Origin: a bacterium BMS3Abin01
Lineage (GTDB): Bacteria; Actinomycetota; Thermoleophilia; BMS3ABIN01
Length of the DNA: 64,000 bases
Assembly (NCBI GenBank): GCA_002897715.1
Contig: BDUA01000039.1
Coordinates: forward strand, 244 to 64,243
Reading direction: 5' to 3'
Under the pieces are notes generated by a model. It had not been told where the DNA came from. It saw only the letters and a program-made list of their open reading frames with translations, and did not search any database. Made by a program: the position numbers and the translations under genes. Position 1 is the stretch's first letter; each line of letters begins with the position of its first letter. Shown here piece after piece: positions 47,594-56,674 of this stretch.

Positions 47594-49342
47594 ATGGACA
47601 GGCAACAGGAAACAGCCACCGGCCGGAAGCTGATGCGCTTGTTGACAGATATGGTGACAGAGAGGGGCTCCGGGTTTAAATACCGTCTTTTCTTTTCGAT
47701 TGCGGTATCTGTTTTTCTGTTTTCCGCCCATACGGCCTTCGCGGCCCAGACCTATGTCTCGCTAACCTTCGATGACGGCCGGGCCAGCCAGGTCAACGCC
47801 GGACCCATACTGGAGGCTTATGGCGTCCAGGGCACCTTCTACATCATCTCCGGCGACCTGGGCAGCGACCCGTATTACATGTCGCTGGACCAGGCCTACG
47901 GTCTGGCGGCGGCGGGGAATGAAATAGGCGGGCACACCCGCACGCACCCCGACCTGACGCAACTCCCGGAGAGCGCGGCGGCTGAAGATATCTGCGGCGA
48001 CCAGCAGCAGTTGCAAAGCTGGGGCTTCCCCGCGGTGTCGTTTGCTTACCCCTTCGGCGCCACCAACCCGGCTGTGGAAGCGATCGTAAGCAGCTGCAAG
48101 GAGCGCGGCTACAGCGTGTCGGCGGATTATTCCAGCGCCCGCATCGTCGGCGGCCTGCAATGTCCCGGCTGCGATGTTGCCGAGAGCCTGCCGCCACAGG
48201 ATGCTTTTTCCATACGCACCGCCGGTGACGGCCCCAAAAACTCGACGACCCTGGATGACCTCAAATCCATGGTCATCCAGGCGGAGGCAACTGGTGGCTG
48301 GCTGGTGATCCCCTTCCATTCAGTATGCTCCGCACCCGGCACGGCGCCCGTACCCGGTGACGCCAGCGACTGCGGCGGCTTGTACTCCACCTCTTACGAC
48401 GACCTCGATCAGTTCGTCCAGTGGTTGAGCGGACGTTCCGGTTCGGGTACGACGATCAAGACGGTCGGTGAGGTCATGCAGATGTCGTTCCCACCACCGC
48501 CGCCGCCCGTCCCCGCCGGGCCGAACCTGGTGTTGAACCCTTCCCTGGAACTGGATGCGAACGTCGATGACATACCTGACGGATTCCTTCTCAGCGGCTA
48601 TGGCGCCAATATATATAGCTATTCCCGCGTTAATTCCGGCGCCCATTCCGGCACTTACGCCGAGCGGCTGACCATTGCCTCCCTGAGCAGCGGCGACCGT
48701 AAGCTGATTACGACCCAGGACCTGAGCAGCTGGAACATTTTCGCCGTTCCGGGCGAGAGTTATGAGACCTCGGTCTGGTACCGGTCCGACGTGCCCATCC
48801 TGCTCATCGCTTTTTACCATGATGCCGGTGGCTGGCACTACTGGAGTGAAAGCCCCCAGGCGGCCGCTTCCGGCTCCTGGACGGAACTGAACTGGCGTAC
48901 CCCGCCGATGCCAGCGGGCGCAGATTACTGGAGTTTCGGGCCGGCGCTCCTCCAGGCCGGGACCATGACCATTGACGACTTCAGCGCCGCCATGGCCAAT
49001 GACGGCGGCAACGCCTGTGAGAACGCCAGGCCCGCGCTGTCATTGAGCAATACCTCCGTTTACTGGGCCAGCTTCACCGACTACCAGTCCAATGAACTGA
49101 GCGTGGATTTCGACATGACCAACACCGGTTCCACGACATCCTACAACGTACAGGTGGAAGACCTGCCGGCGACCAACGGCGTCATCTGCGTCACTTCGCC
49201 GCCCCTGCTGCTGGGCCATATCCCGCCGGGCGGCTTACGGTCATTCACGGTCAGATACAGCATTCCGCCGGGCGCCAACAGCTTCCGGGCGTCGGTTTCC
49301 GCTTCGGCCGAGGATGGCTGCGCCGCCAGCTACCGCTATTGA
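47594..49342 (+). CDS. Secreted polysaccharide deacetylase (CE4, NodB homology domain) with C-terminal beta-rich domains
   Basis: Signal peptide. 'VSLTFDDGRASQ' (motif 1, Asp-Asp), 'GHTRTHPDL' (His motif), 'FAYPFGATN'. ~300-aa C-terminal extension. Confidence 0.8.
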   Translation: MDRQQETATGRKLMRLLTDMVTERGSGFKYRLFFSIAVSVFLFSAHTAFAAQTYVSLTFDDGRASQVNAGPILEAYGVQGTFYIISGDLGSDPYYMSLDQAYGLAAAGNEIGGHTRTHPDLTQLPESAAAEDICGDQQQLQSWGFPAVSFAYPFGATNPAVEAIVSSCKERGYSVSADYSSARIVGGLQCPGCDVAESLPPQDAFSIRTAGDGPKNSTTLDDLKSMVIQAEATGGWLVIPFHSVCSAPGTAPVPGDASDCGGLYSTSYDDLDQFVQWLSGRSGSGTTIKTVGEVMQMSFPPPPPPVPAGPNLVLNPSLELDANVDDIPDGFLLSGYGANIYSYSRVNSGAHSGTYAERLTIASLSSGDRKLITTQDLSSWNIFAVPGESYETSVWYRSDVPILLIAFYHDAGGWHYWSESPQAAASGSWTELNWRTPPMPAGADYWSFGPALLQAGTMTIDDFSAAMANDGGNACENARPALSLSNTSVYWASFTDYQSNELSVDFDMTNTGSTTSYNVQVEDLPATNGVICVTSPPLLLGHIPPGGLRSFTVRYSIPPGANSFRASVSASAEDGCAASYRY

Positions 49343-49377
49343 AACCGGCGTGATCCTTCCGTCAGGTCTGCGGCTCA

Positions 49378-50949
49378 TCACCGGCCCGGATCCCCACCGG
49401 CTCTTTCCAGAGTGTAGATACCCCCGTCATCCAGCCAGACCGTCTGCTCGATATGGGCGGCTCGCCGCAGGTCGTCGACAGTAAATAAATAGTCGCCCTT
49501 TATCTTGTCGAACCAGACCAGGCATGCCTCGCCCTCTTCCGGCCATCTGCCCCTGAGCTGTGAAAGGTCGTTGAGCGCATCCGGGGAGTTGACGTTTGAT
49601 TTCAGCGGGGCCATCCTGGCGTGAAGACCGGCCAGGATGTAGGCGACATCCGGTCCGTTCGTGTAATAGGTACACCCGGACCCCGGACCCGGATGATCGA
49701 CAAGGTACTGAACAGTGTCGCTGCCTTTCCAGTATTTACCGTTATAACCCCATCCCCCTTCGCTGATATGTTTCTCCACCAGCGATAATGTCGCTGTCGC
49801 CGGATAGACCATGAAGATAATAATCACGGCTGCCAGGGAAAGATCGACCAGCCTCTGCGGAAAACGCCGGCCCAGTATAACCGAGGCCCGGCCCACCAGT
49901 AACAGCAGCAGCAGAAGTACGGGGACAGCAACCGGGGACAGCAACCGGTTGCCGATCTCATCGAAGCCGATAATCGATGAATATCCGGCCAGGAAACCGG
50001 TATAGCCGGCTACCAGCAGGAGAATCGGGCCTATATCCTGTAGCGTGGCTCTCATCTTCGACCTGTTGGCCCAAAGGGCTGCTCCGGCCAGGAAGCTGAC
50101 CGCCAGGCCTGCCAGCACCACCATGGCATCGTTCCCGGTGACCGTTTCCGGAACAAACCAGTGGAGAAGGGTTTTCAGGGTGAGCATCAGGTTCTGCGAT
50201 AACGAGTAGACCGATGAGGTCCGTGAGCCGAAGGTGACGCCGGCAACATGATAGTTCCTCATCGCCCAGATTCCCAGCGGCAGGATGGAGATAGGCAGAA
50301 ACAGGGCAAGGTGCCGGATCCTTGTCTTCATATCCTTGGGGCTGAACAGCAGGATGCTGACAACCCCTGCCGGAACGAGGACGGCGCCGATGTATCTTGT
50401 CATGCAGGCCAACGCCACCGACACCGACAGGAGCACTATGGAGCGGGTTTCACCTTCTTCCTGATATGACCGGAAGTTGATCAGATACAGGAGAATAAAA
50501 CAGATGAACAGAAGCTCCGACCATGCCATCAGGGAGACTTCGACCAGCGCTACCGAAACCAGCAAAAAGGCCGTGCCCAGGAACGCCAGGAACAGGGACG
50601 GCTTCAGGTATTCGAAGAGCAGCAACCCGGACATGTATATGACCAGCCCGAACAGGCAGGCGTTGATAATCGGGGCCGCTGTCAGTGGATCGATTCCCAG
50701 AAAGACATTGGTAACCGCCAACAGCAGGGGATAAAGCGGCGGCTGCACTACCAGCGGCAAACCATTATAACTCATCACCCCGGCGCCACTGGCGATATTC
50801 CTGGCGGTGCCTATGTACCCCACCGAATCCGGCGACAGCCCGGCGCCATACCAGTGCGTCGCCAGCATTATCAGGCTGAACCCCGCCAGCGCCAGCGCGC
50901 CCAGAAGCAGCTTCTTCTTCATTTTACTCATCACTGCATACTCTGTCAC
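49378..50949 (-). CDS. GT-C fold membrane glycosyltransferase (ArnT/PMT/GT39-like)
   Basis: 11-13 TM helices. N-terminal loop 'GLSPDSVGYIGTARNIASG' resembles the GT-C first-loop motif. C-terminal soluble domain. Confidence 0.6.
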   Translation of the reverse strand: MTEYAVMSKMKKKLLLGALALAGFSLIMLATHWYGAGLSPDSVGYIGTARNIASGAGVMSYNGLPLVVQPPLYPLLLAVTNVFLGIDPLTAAPIINACLFGLVIYMSGLLLFEYLKPSLFLAFLGTAFLLVSVALVEVSLMAWSELLFICFILLYLINFRSYQEEGETRSIVLLSVSVALACMTRYIGAVLVPAGVVSILLFSPKDMKTRIRHLALFLPISILPLGIWAMRNYHVAGVTFGSRTSSVYSLSQNLMLTLKTLLHWFVPETVTGNDAMVVLAGLAVSFLAGAALWANRSKMRATLQDIGPILLLVAGYTGFLAGYSSIIGFDEIGNRLLSPVAVPVLLLLLLLVGRASVILGRRFPQRLVDLSLAAVIIIFMVYPATATLSLVEKHISEGGWGYNGKYWKGSDTVQYLVDHPGPGSGCTYYTNGPDVAYILAGLHARMAPLKSNVNSPDALNDLSQLRGRWPEEGEACLVWFDKIKGDYLFTVDDLRRAAHIEQTVWLDDGGIYTLERAGGDPGR

Positions 50950-51235
50950 GACAAACCGGGGTTTTCCAGTAAACCCCTCCCAGTGCCGGACCGGTGGGAG
51001 AGTCGCAAGTTTAAATAACCCCCATCCGTGGGATAAAAAATAAGGATCCTTTTCCCCGGCGGCACATCACGGTACCTGTTTTCCCCATCATGGCCGATAA
51101 CAATTGGGATCGGTAATGTCTGCATGGGAAGCAGTCAAGGCTTGACTGTGCTAAAATAGCCGCTTGGCATTTTCCGGTAACGGGCAAAAAAAGGAAAAGG
51201 CAATACCGAATAGAAAGATAGAGCAAGTGACAACG

Positions 51236-52303
51236 ATGACTGAACTTCCTATTGAATTGACTCAAAACCTGATAACACAGGGGCACGAGAAAGGGTTTCT
51301 CACCCTGGACGACATCGCCGACGCTCTGCAGGAAGCAGATCTGTCTACAGAGCAGATAGAGGATGTCTACTCGCGCATCGCCGATGACGGCATCGATATC
51401 ATCGAAAGCCCTGACGGTGGCGATGCCGGCAAGGAGCCCGCGGAGGCGGTCAAGGAAACCCCGGCCGACCGGCCGACGGCCACTGATGACTCCCTGCGCA
51501 TGTATCTCAGGGACATCGGCCGTATCCCCCTTCTTTCGGCCGCCCAGGAAGTATCGCTGGCCAAACGTATGGAACGCGGCGACATGGAGGCTAAAAGCCG
51601 GCTGGTGGAAGCCAACCTGCGCCTCGTCGTCAGCATAGCCAAGCGCTATCTCGGGCGGGGGCTCTCATTCCTCGATCTGATTCAGGAAGGAAACCTCGGC
51701 CTCATCCGCGCTGTGGAGAAGTTCGATTACCGTCGTGGCTATAAATTCTCAACTTACGCCACCTGGTGGATACGCCAGGCGGTGACCCGCGCCATCGCCG
51801 ACCAGGCGCGCACCATCCGCATCCCGGTCCATATGGTGGAGAAGCTGAACCATCTGGTCAGGGCCAAGCGCCAGCTGATTCAGGACCTGGGACGGGAACC
51901 GACGCCCGAGGAGATCGCCAAGGTGATGGACACGTCACTGGACAAGGTCCAGCACCTGATCAAGATCTCCCAGAGCCCGGTGAGCCTGGAAAAGCCGGTC
52001 GGCGACGAAGAGGAGGCGGAACTGGGAGATTTCCTGGAGGACGAAGGCACCCCCAAGCCCATGGAAGCCGCTGTCTCGGAGATAAAGAAGGATGACCTCA
52101 ACAAGGTCCTGGAATCGCTGCCTCACCGCGAGCGCAAGATCCTGGAGCTTCGTTACGGGCTCAACGGCGAGCACCCCCGCACCCTGGAACAGATCGGGCG
52201 CAGGTTCGGTGTCACCCGTGAGCGGATCCGTCAGATAGAGGCCAACACCCTCTCGCGTCTGAAGGAACTGCAGGAGACGCAGCACCTGCGCGAGAGCGCC
52301 TGA
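51236..52303 (+). CDS. rpoD: Primary RNA polymerase sigma-70 factor
   Basis: Region 1.1 '[12 protein letters not shown]', region 2 '[59 protein letters not shown]', and regions 3 and 4. Start at ATG 51236; the track TTG at 51164 is probably artefactual. Confidence 0.9.
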   Translation: MTELPIELTQNLITQGHEKGFLTLDDIADALQEADLSTEQIEDVYSRIADDGIDIIESPDGGDAGKEPAEAVKETPADRPTATDDSLRMYLRDIGRIPLLSAAQEVSLAKRMERGDMEAKSRLVEANLRLVVSIAKRYLGRGLSFLDLIQEGNLGLIRAVEKFDYRRGYKFSTYATWWIRQAVTRAIADQARTIRIPVHMVEKLNHLVRAKRQLIQDLGREPTPEEIAKVMDTSLDKVQHLIKISQSPVSLEKPVGDEEEAELGDFLEDEGTPKPMEAAVSEIKKDDLNKVLESLPHRERKILELRYGLNGEHPRTLEQIGRRFGVTRERIRQIEANTLSRLKELQETQHLRESA

Positions 52304-52332
52304 TCCAACCACGACGCCCAGCGGGGATTGCG

Positions 52333-52956
52333 CTACGGCGCCTGCAGTACTCCCGAACCAGCCTGTTCCATGAACTGCTTGGATTCCTGGCCGATGGTCG
52401 AGTTGGGATCGAGGTCGTATGAATGCTGCCAGGCGGCTACCGCCTCATCGGTCTTCTCCAGACGGCTCAATACTACTCCGTACACATGCCAGCCCCGCTG
52501 GTTGGATGGTGAAGCGATGGTGACCGCCTTCAGTTCACGCTCCGCTACTTCGAACATCAGCAGGTTGTAATAGGTATAGCCGAGATCGATGCGGACATCC
52601 GCGTCATCCGGCTTCAGTTGCAAGTATCTCTGGTATGCGTCCGCCGCCGCCTTATAGCTGCGGAAGGAGCCGTTGACATCGCCGCCCTCCGACTGCAACA
52701 TGCCTAGTTCCAGGTAGGCATTGCCCAGGTTCTCCAATGCCAGCGCATCGCCGGCGTCGCTGTCGACCAGCGCTTGTGTCTGATCGATGACCTGCTGCTT
52801 GTCGGTTATCTCCAGCTGGATCGCCTGATTCTGTCCGCCGGTATCGTCCGTACTGCTGCTGTCGCCCTGGCTCAACCACCCGGTGATCAGGTAGCCGGCG
52901 ATGACCGCCCCGGCGATGACCGGTATCATCAGCAACCATTTCCAGTAATCCTTCAT
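52333..52956 (-). CDS. Membrane-anchored tetratricopeptide repeat protein
   Basis: N-terminal TM followed by TPR-like repeats (ALENLGNAYLELG, AADAYQRYLQL). Confidence 0.65.
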   Translation of the reverse strand: MKDYWKWLLMIPVIAGAVIAGYLITGWLSQGDSSSTDDTGGQNQAIQLEITDKQQVIDQTQALVDSDAGDALALENLGNAYLELGMLQSEGGDVNGSFRSYKAAADAYQRYLQLKPDDADVRIDLGYTYYNLLMFEVAERELKAVTIASPSNQRGWHVYGVVLSRLEKTDEAVAAWQHSYDLDPNSTIGQESKQFMEQAGSGVLQAP

Positions 52957-53540
52957 CAGTTATCCACCAGGTGCTGTATCAGCTGGAAATTGGATGGTCC
53001 CAGCTGGCCGACGACCCGCTCGACGATAACACCGTCCTTGTCGATAATGAAACTCTCGGGGAACTTGCTCGACTGGAAGAGGCCACCCACATTCTTGTCG
53101 GGATCCAGCAGGATCGGGAAGGTCAGCCCGTACTCCTTTACGAACGGCTCCACCTCGGTCTCACCCAGCCGGTCCTGGCTTACGGCCAGGATCTCGAACG
53201 GCTGGTCCTTGAGATTCTGGTACTGTCTCTCCATGTAGGGCATCTCCTCCCGGCAGGGGTTACACCATGTGGCCCATATATTCACCAGCACCACCTTGCC
53301 GCGCAGGTCGGAAAGTGATATCTGTCCGCCGTCCAGGGTCTGCAGGGTAAAGTCCGGGGCCATGTCGCCCTCCATCAGCGGCGGCGTCTTCTCAGCCTGG
53401 TAGATGAAGAAACCGCCCACCGCCACAGCGATAATGACGGCGAAAGCGATCAGGGCGATGATGATATCCCGTGCCTGCCACGCCTCTTCCGGCTCTACCG
53501 GCACTGCGTGACCTGCATTCTTGTCTTGTTCTTCGCTCAT
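52956..53540 (-). CDS. TlpA/ResA-like membrane-anchored thiol-disulfide oxidoreductase
   Basis: 'APDFTL...GKVVLVNIWATWCNPCREEMP' thioredoxin fold with a WCxxC active site. N-terminal TM anchor. Confidence 0.85.
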   Translation of the reverse strand: MSEEQDKNAGHAVPVEPEEAWQARDIIIALIAFAVIIAVAVGGFFIYQAEKTPPLMEGDMAPDFTLQTLDGGQISLSDLRGKVVLVNIWATWCNPCREEMPYMERQYQNLKDQPFEILAVSQDRLGETEVEPFVKEYGLTFPILLDPDKNVGGLFQSSKFPESFIIDKDGVIVERVVGQLGPSNFQLIQHLVDN

Positions 53541-53728
53541 TGTTTACACATCATTTACTCATGCGGTTTCAAAAGACGCCGCTTCAGACAGGGCTGTGTG
53601 TCCTGGCGTCGGCGACGCATTCAAGGTGGGCTCCATACAGAAAAAAGTGGTTCAAGGTAATAAGATATTAGCATCTGCGAGCCGCAATCGACAACACGCC
53701 GGCAAACGGAAAGCCCTGCGGCCGCACA

Positions 53729-54661
53729 TCATACATTGATAGCCGGCATCCACTTCTGTAGCCACTGGGTCATGATCTCCATCTCTCCGGTGGCGAGCAT
53801 CAATCCGAACAGTATGAGCAGTATGCCGGAGCCGATCTTGATGGCGCCGAAATGCCGCTTGATGGAATCGAAGGTACCGACCATCCTGGTGAACAGGAAT
53901 CCGGCGAGGACGAAGGGTGCGCCCATACCCAGGCCATAGACGAACATCAGGCTGGCGCCGGCGGCGGGGCTCTGTGTCCCTATGGCGAGCATGATCACCG
54001 AGCCCAGCAGGGGGCCGGTGCACGGTCCGATCCCCAGGGAGAATACCATCCCCGCCAGGATCACACCGACCAGGCTCGCAGGTTTCTTCAACAGCCGGAA
54101 GCGCCTTTCCTTTTCCAGGAAATCCAGGGGAAACAGGCCGACGGCGAATACCGCCAGGACGGTCAGGCCGACCAGCAGATAGACGATCGCATCCTGCGCG
54201 GTGTTGGTGCTGGTATCCCTGACGGCATAGGCGAATGCCAGGAAAAGAAACAGGCCGAGCAGCAGCAGTGACAGATACTTGGCCTTTCTCTCCCGGTACC
54301 TGAGAGCCTCTCCCACCATATAGGCGCCGAAGCCGGTCAACAGGGTCCCGGCAAGAACCTCCAGGAAATGCTTCCCCTCACCTGTGCTGCTGGTGAAGAA
54401 GTTGATAAAGTCGCCCAGCGCGCTGCCGGCCAGACCGGCGGCCGCCCCCTGCAGCGCGAAGAAGACGGTGAAACCGGCGACGAAAGCCAGGCTGGCAATG
54501 GCGACCTTCCTGGTCTTGGTGCCCAGTTCATCGATGCCCACTCCGGAAATGAATGACAGGTAGCCGGGAAGCAGGGGCAGGACGCAGGGAGACAGGAATG
54601 ACGCCAGACCGGCGATGAAGGCCCACACGAATGCGATTAATGATACCTCGGTTATCTGCAA
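53729..54661 (-). CDS. ccdA: Cytochrome c biogenesis / disulfide-reductant transporter CcdA (DsbD core) family
   Basis: 'FIAGLASFLSPCVLPLLPGYLSFISG' with the conserved Cys in TM1. Second Cys in a mid TM ('GIGPCTGPLLG'). Confidence 0.8.
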   Translation of the reverse strand: MQITEVSLIAFVWAFIAGLASFLSPCVLPLLPGYLSFISGVGIDELGTKTRKVAIASLAFVAGFTVFFALQGAAAGLAGSALGDFINFFTSSTGEGKHFLEVLAGTLLTGFGAYMVGEALRYRERKAKYLSLLLLGLFLFLAFAYAVRDTSTNTAQDAIVYLLVGLTVLAVFAVGLFPLDFLEKERRFRLLKKPASLVGVILAGMVFSLGIGPCTGPLLGSVIMLAIGTQSPAAGASLMFVYGLGMGAPFVLAGFLFTRMVGTFDSIKRHFGAIKIGSGILLILFGLMLATGEMEIMTQWLQKWMPAINV

Positions 54662-54825
54662 CTCGGGGTTCCCGCCTTTTGGTCAGGCCGGCCGGCCGGG
54701 AGATATGAGCGGGAGATAGATGACGGTCTGTCTCCCGGTACAGTGGAATAGTTCAAAATACAGAAACAAGTTTGTGAATCATTACCAGGGGGTTTGTTCA
54801 ATATAGCACACGCTTTCAGGGGTTA

Positions 54826-55593
54826 TCAACGTCGCTCTGGACGGGTGTGGATCCAGACCAGGGCAACAGCCGCCGCTATAGCCGTCGCCAGCGCCAGGAG
54901 CCGCTGCTGTGTCTGGCCGTCGCGCTGGAAACGCACGAACTCCACCAGGAACCGTTCCGTCCCCGCCATTACCAGATAAGCACAGAAAAGCTCCCAGTCC
55001 CGCTTTAGCCGGGGCCAGAGGAAGAGCAGTACGAAGAAGATGAGAATGGCGGCGCCCACCTCGTACAGCTGGGTCGGCTGCACCGTGATCCCCGGCGGCG
55101 TCGGTGGTGAGCCCCGGGGGAAACCCATCGCCCACGGTAGCGTCGAGGTTATGCCGTAATCGTCACCATTTAGAAAACAGCCCATGCGGCCGAAAGCGTA
55201 GCCCAGCGCTATGGCCGGCGCCGCCGCGTCCAGCACCTTGCCCCAGGGCAGCTTCAGGAAGGTCATGACCATGAGCGCCGTCACCAGGCCGCCCACCATG
55301 CCGCCGTACCATACCAGGCCGGCCCCGCTGAAGGCACTCCTGAGCGGGGTGTCTCCCAGCTCGCTCAGATTCAGCAACAGGTAGTGTATCTTGCTGCCCA
55401 GCACCCCTCCTACAGCTGTGGCGATAACCAGCCAGAAGAGGTTCTCCGTATCCAGCCCCTTGCGCCTGAAGCCGTAATAGGCGGCGATCCCGGCGGCCAG
55501 GAACCCGAGCGCCATCATCAGCCCGAAGGTATGAATGGTGAAAGGTCCTATGGAAAGAAGTTCTGGATACATCGTTATCAATGACTTTATCAT
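54826..55593 (-). CDS. lgt: Prolipoprotein diacylglyceryl transferase
   Basis: 'IGPFTIHTFGLMMALGFL', 'PTQLYE' and 'GDDYG' Lgt signatures. True start possibly at the 'MYPELL' Met (55572). Confidence 0.8.
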   Translation of the reverse strand: MIKSLITMYPELLSIGPFTIHTFGLMMALGFLAAGIAAYYGFRRKGLDTENLFWLVIATAVGGVLGSKIHYLLLNLSELGDTPLRSAFSGAGLVWYGGMVGGLVTALMVMTFLKLPWGKVLDAAAPAIALGYAFGRMGCFLNGDDYGITSTLPWAMGFPRGSPPTPPGITVQPTQLYEVGAAILIFFVLLFLWPRLKRDWELFCAYLVMAGTERFLVEFVRFQRDGQTQQRLLALATAIAAAVALVWIHTRPERR

Positions 55594-55669
55594 ATTACTC
55601 TAAAGGAACTAATAAGGCCCTAAAGGTTTTATTAGGTTCTGCCGATAGCGGGCTTGAAGAAAGTCGTAC

Positions 55670-55760
55670 CACACTCGACAAAGGCAAACCCGTCGTGAGG
55701 CGGGGACGCAAAGCCAGGGGTCTCCGGTTGGGAGACAGCCCAGCCGCCGAAGCTTTTTGA
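55670..55760 (+). ncRNA. Candidate cyclic-di-GMP-I (GEMM) riboswitch in the leader of the surface-protein cluster
   Basis: 'AAAGGCAAACC', then the GNRA hairpin CGUC-GUGA-GGCG, then 'GGGACGCAAAGCC' + AGGGG. Then hairpin GUCUCC-GGUUG-GGAGAC and 'CAGCCCAGCCGCC'. Matches the Vc2-type GEMM core '...GGCAAACC...GAAA...GGGACGCAAAGCC...GG' by eye. Confidence 0.55.
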
Positions 55761-55938
55761 ACGAAGCTCGCTGGACTGGGCTTTTCAGTATTGAGGCCCT
55801 GGTGGAGTGATACGCAAGTTCAATTGCTTTGGCATCGCCAGGCGATTGAACTTTTTTATTGCCGGCACCAGTGGGACAGGGGATGAATCTTGGTAATTCT
55901 TGGTTGTTAAAGCGCGAGACAGAAAGGGGTGCACATAG

Positions 55939-56538
55939 GTGAAACGTTCAACGAAAATTGCTCTTCTGGCAGCAGGCACTACTCTAATCCTGGTCATGGC
56001 CCTTACTTCAGCGGTATACGGGGCCTCGTCGGCATCAGACCCCGTAGCGGTTACCCTGACGGTGGATGACTATATCTCCCTCAGCAACCCGGGCGATGTA
56101 GCACTGGCGAACATCGCCGGTACCGGCGGCTCGGCGGAAAACAGCGCCACCTGGACCGTAGCCACCAATAACGACGCCGGCTACAAGCTGGAGGTCTCCG
56201 CCTCCGGGACGCCGGCCATGACCAAGGGCGGCGACTCCTTCGCCGACCTGGTCGACGGCGGCACTCCCATTCCCTGGTCGGTGGCGTCAGCCGACTCCGC
56301 ATTTGGTTTCAGCGCCGAGGGCACGGCCACGTCCTCCTCGCTGTGGGGAACCCCCAGCACCGGCTCCGGCAAGTACCGCGGCTTCAGCGGCGGAACCGCC
56401 ATCGAGGTCGCCAACGACAGCAATGAGACCAGCGGTGAGGACACCACCATCTACTTCAAGGCCGAAGTAGGCGCCAGCCACCTGCAGGCCAGCGGTTCCT
56501 ACGCCGCCAACCTGACAGTCACAGCCACTACGCTGTAA
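55939..56538 (+). CDS. Secreted 199-aa beta-rich protein, possible divergent WxL-like cell-surface domain
   Basis: GTG start with AAAGGGGTG Shine-Dalgarno. Signal peptide. 'SATWTVATN', 'IPWSVAS', and C-terminal 'SYAANLTVTATTL' reminiscent of WxL motifs (YSATLTWTL). Confidence 0.4.
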   Translation: MKRSTKIALLAAGTTLILVMALTSAVYGASSASDPVAVTLTVDDYISLSNPGDVALANIAGTGGSAENSATWTVATNNDAGYKLEVSASGTPAMTKGGDSFADLVDGGTPIPWSVASADSAFGFSAEGTATSSSLWGTPSTGSGKYRGFSGGTAIEVANDSNETSGEDTTIYFKAEVGASHLQASGSYAANLTVTATTL

Positions 56539-56674
56539 TTGCATATATAACTTAATAGCAACAGATCAACGCAACATGTTTCAGACAGAAGCTCCCCTTC
56601 CGGGAGCTTCTGTCTTTGGCAAAGTCTGTCTTGCAGGAAAGCCGTTTGATAAAGCGAAGTCTACACCCCAGTAA

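Noticed and set aside
51164-51235. TTG-initiated 24-codon N-terminal extension of rpoD in the ORF track
   Set aside because: Region 1.1 homology begins at the ATG at 51236. The extension is Lys-rich and without precedent.
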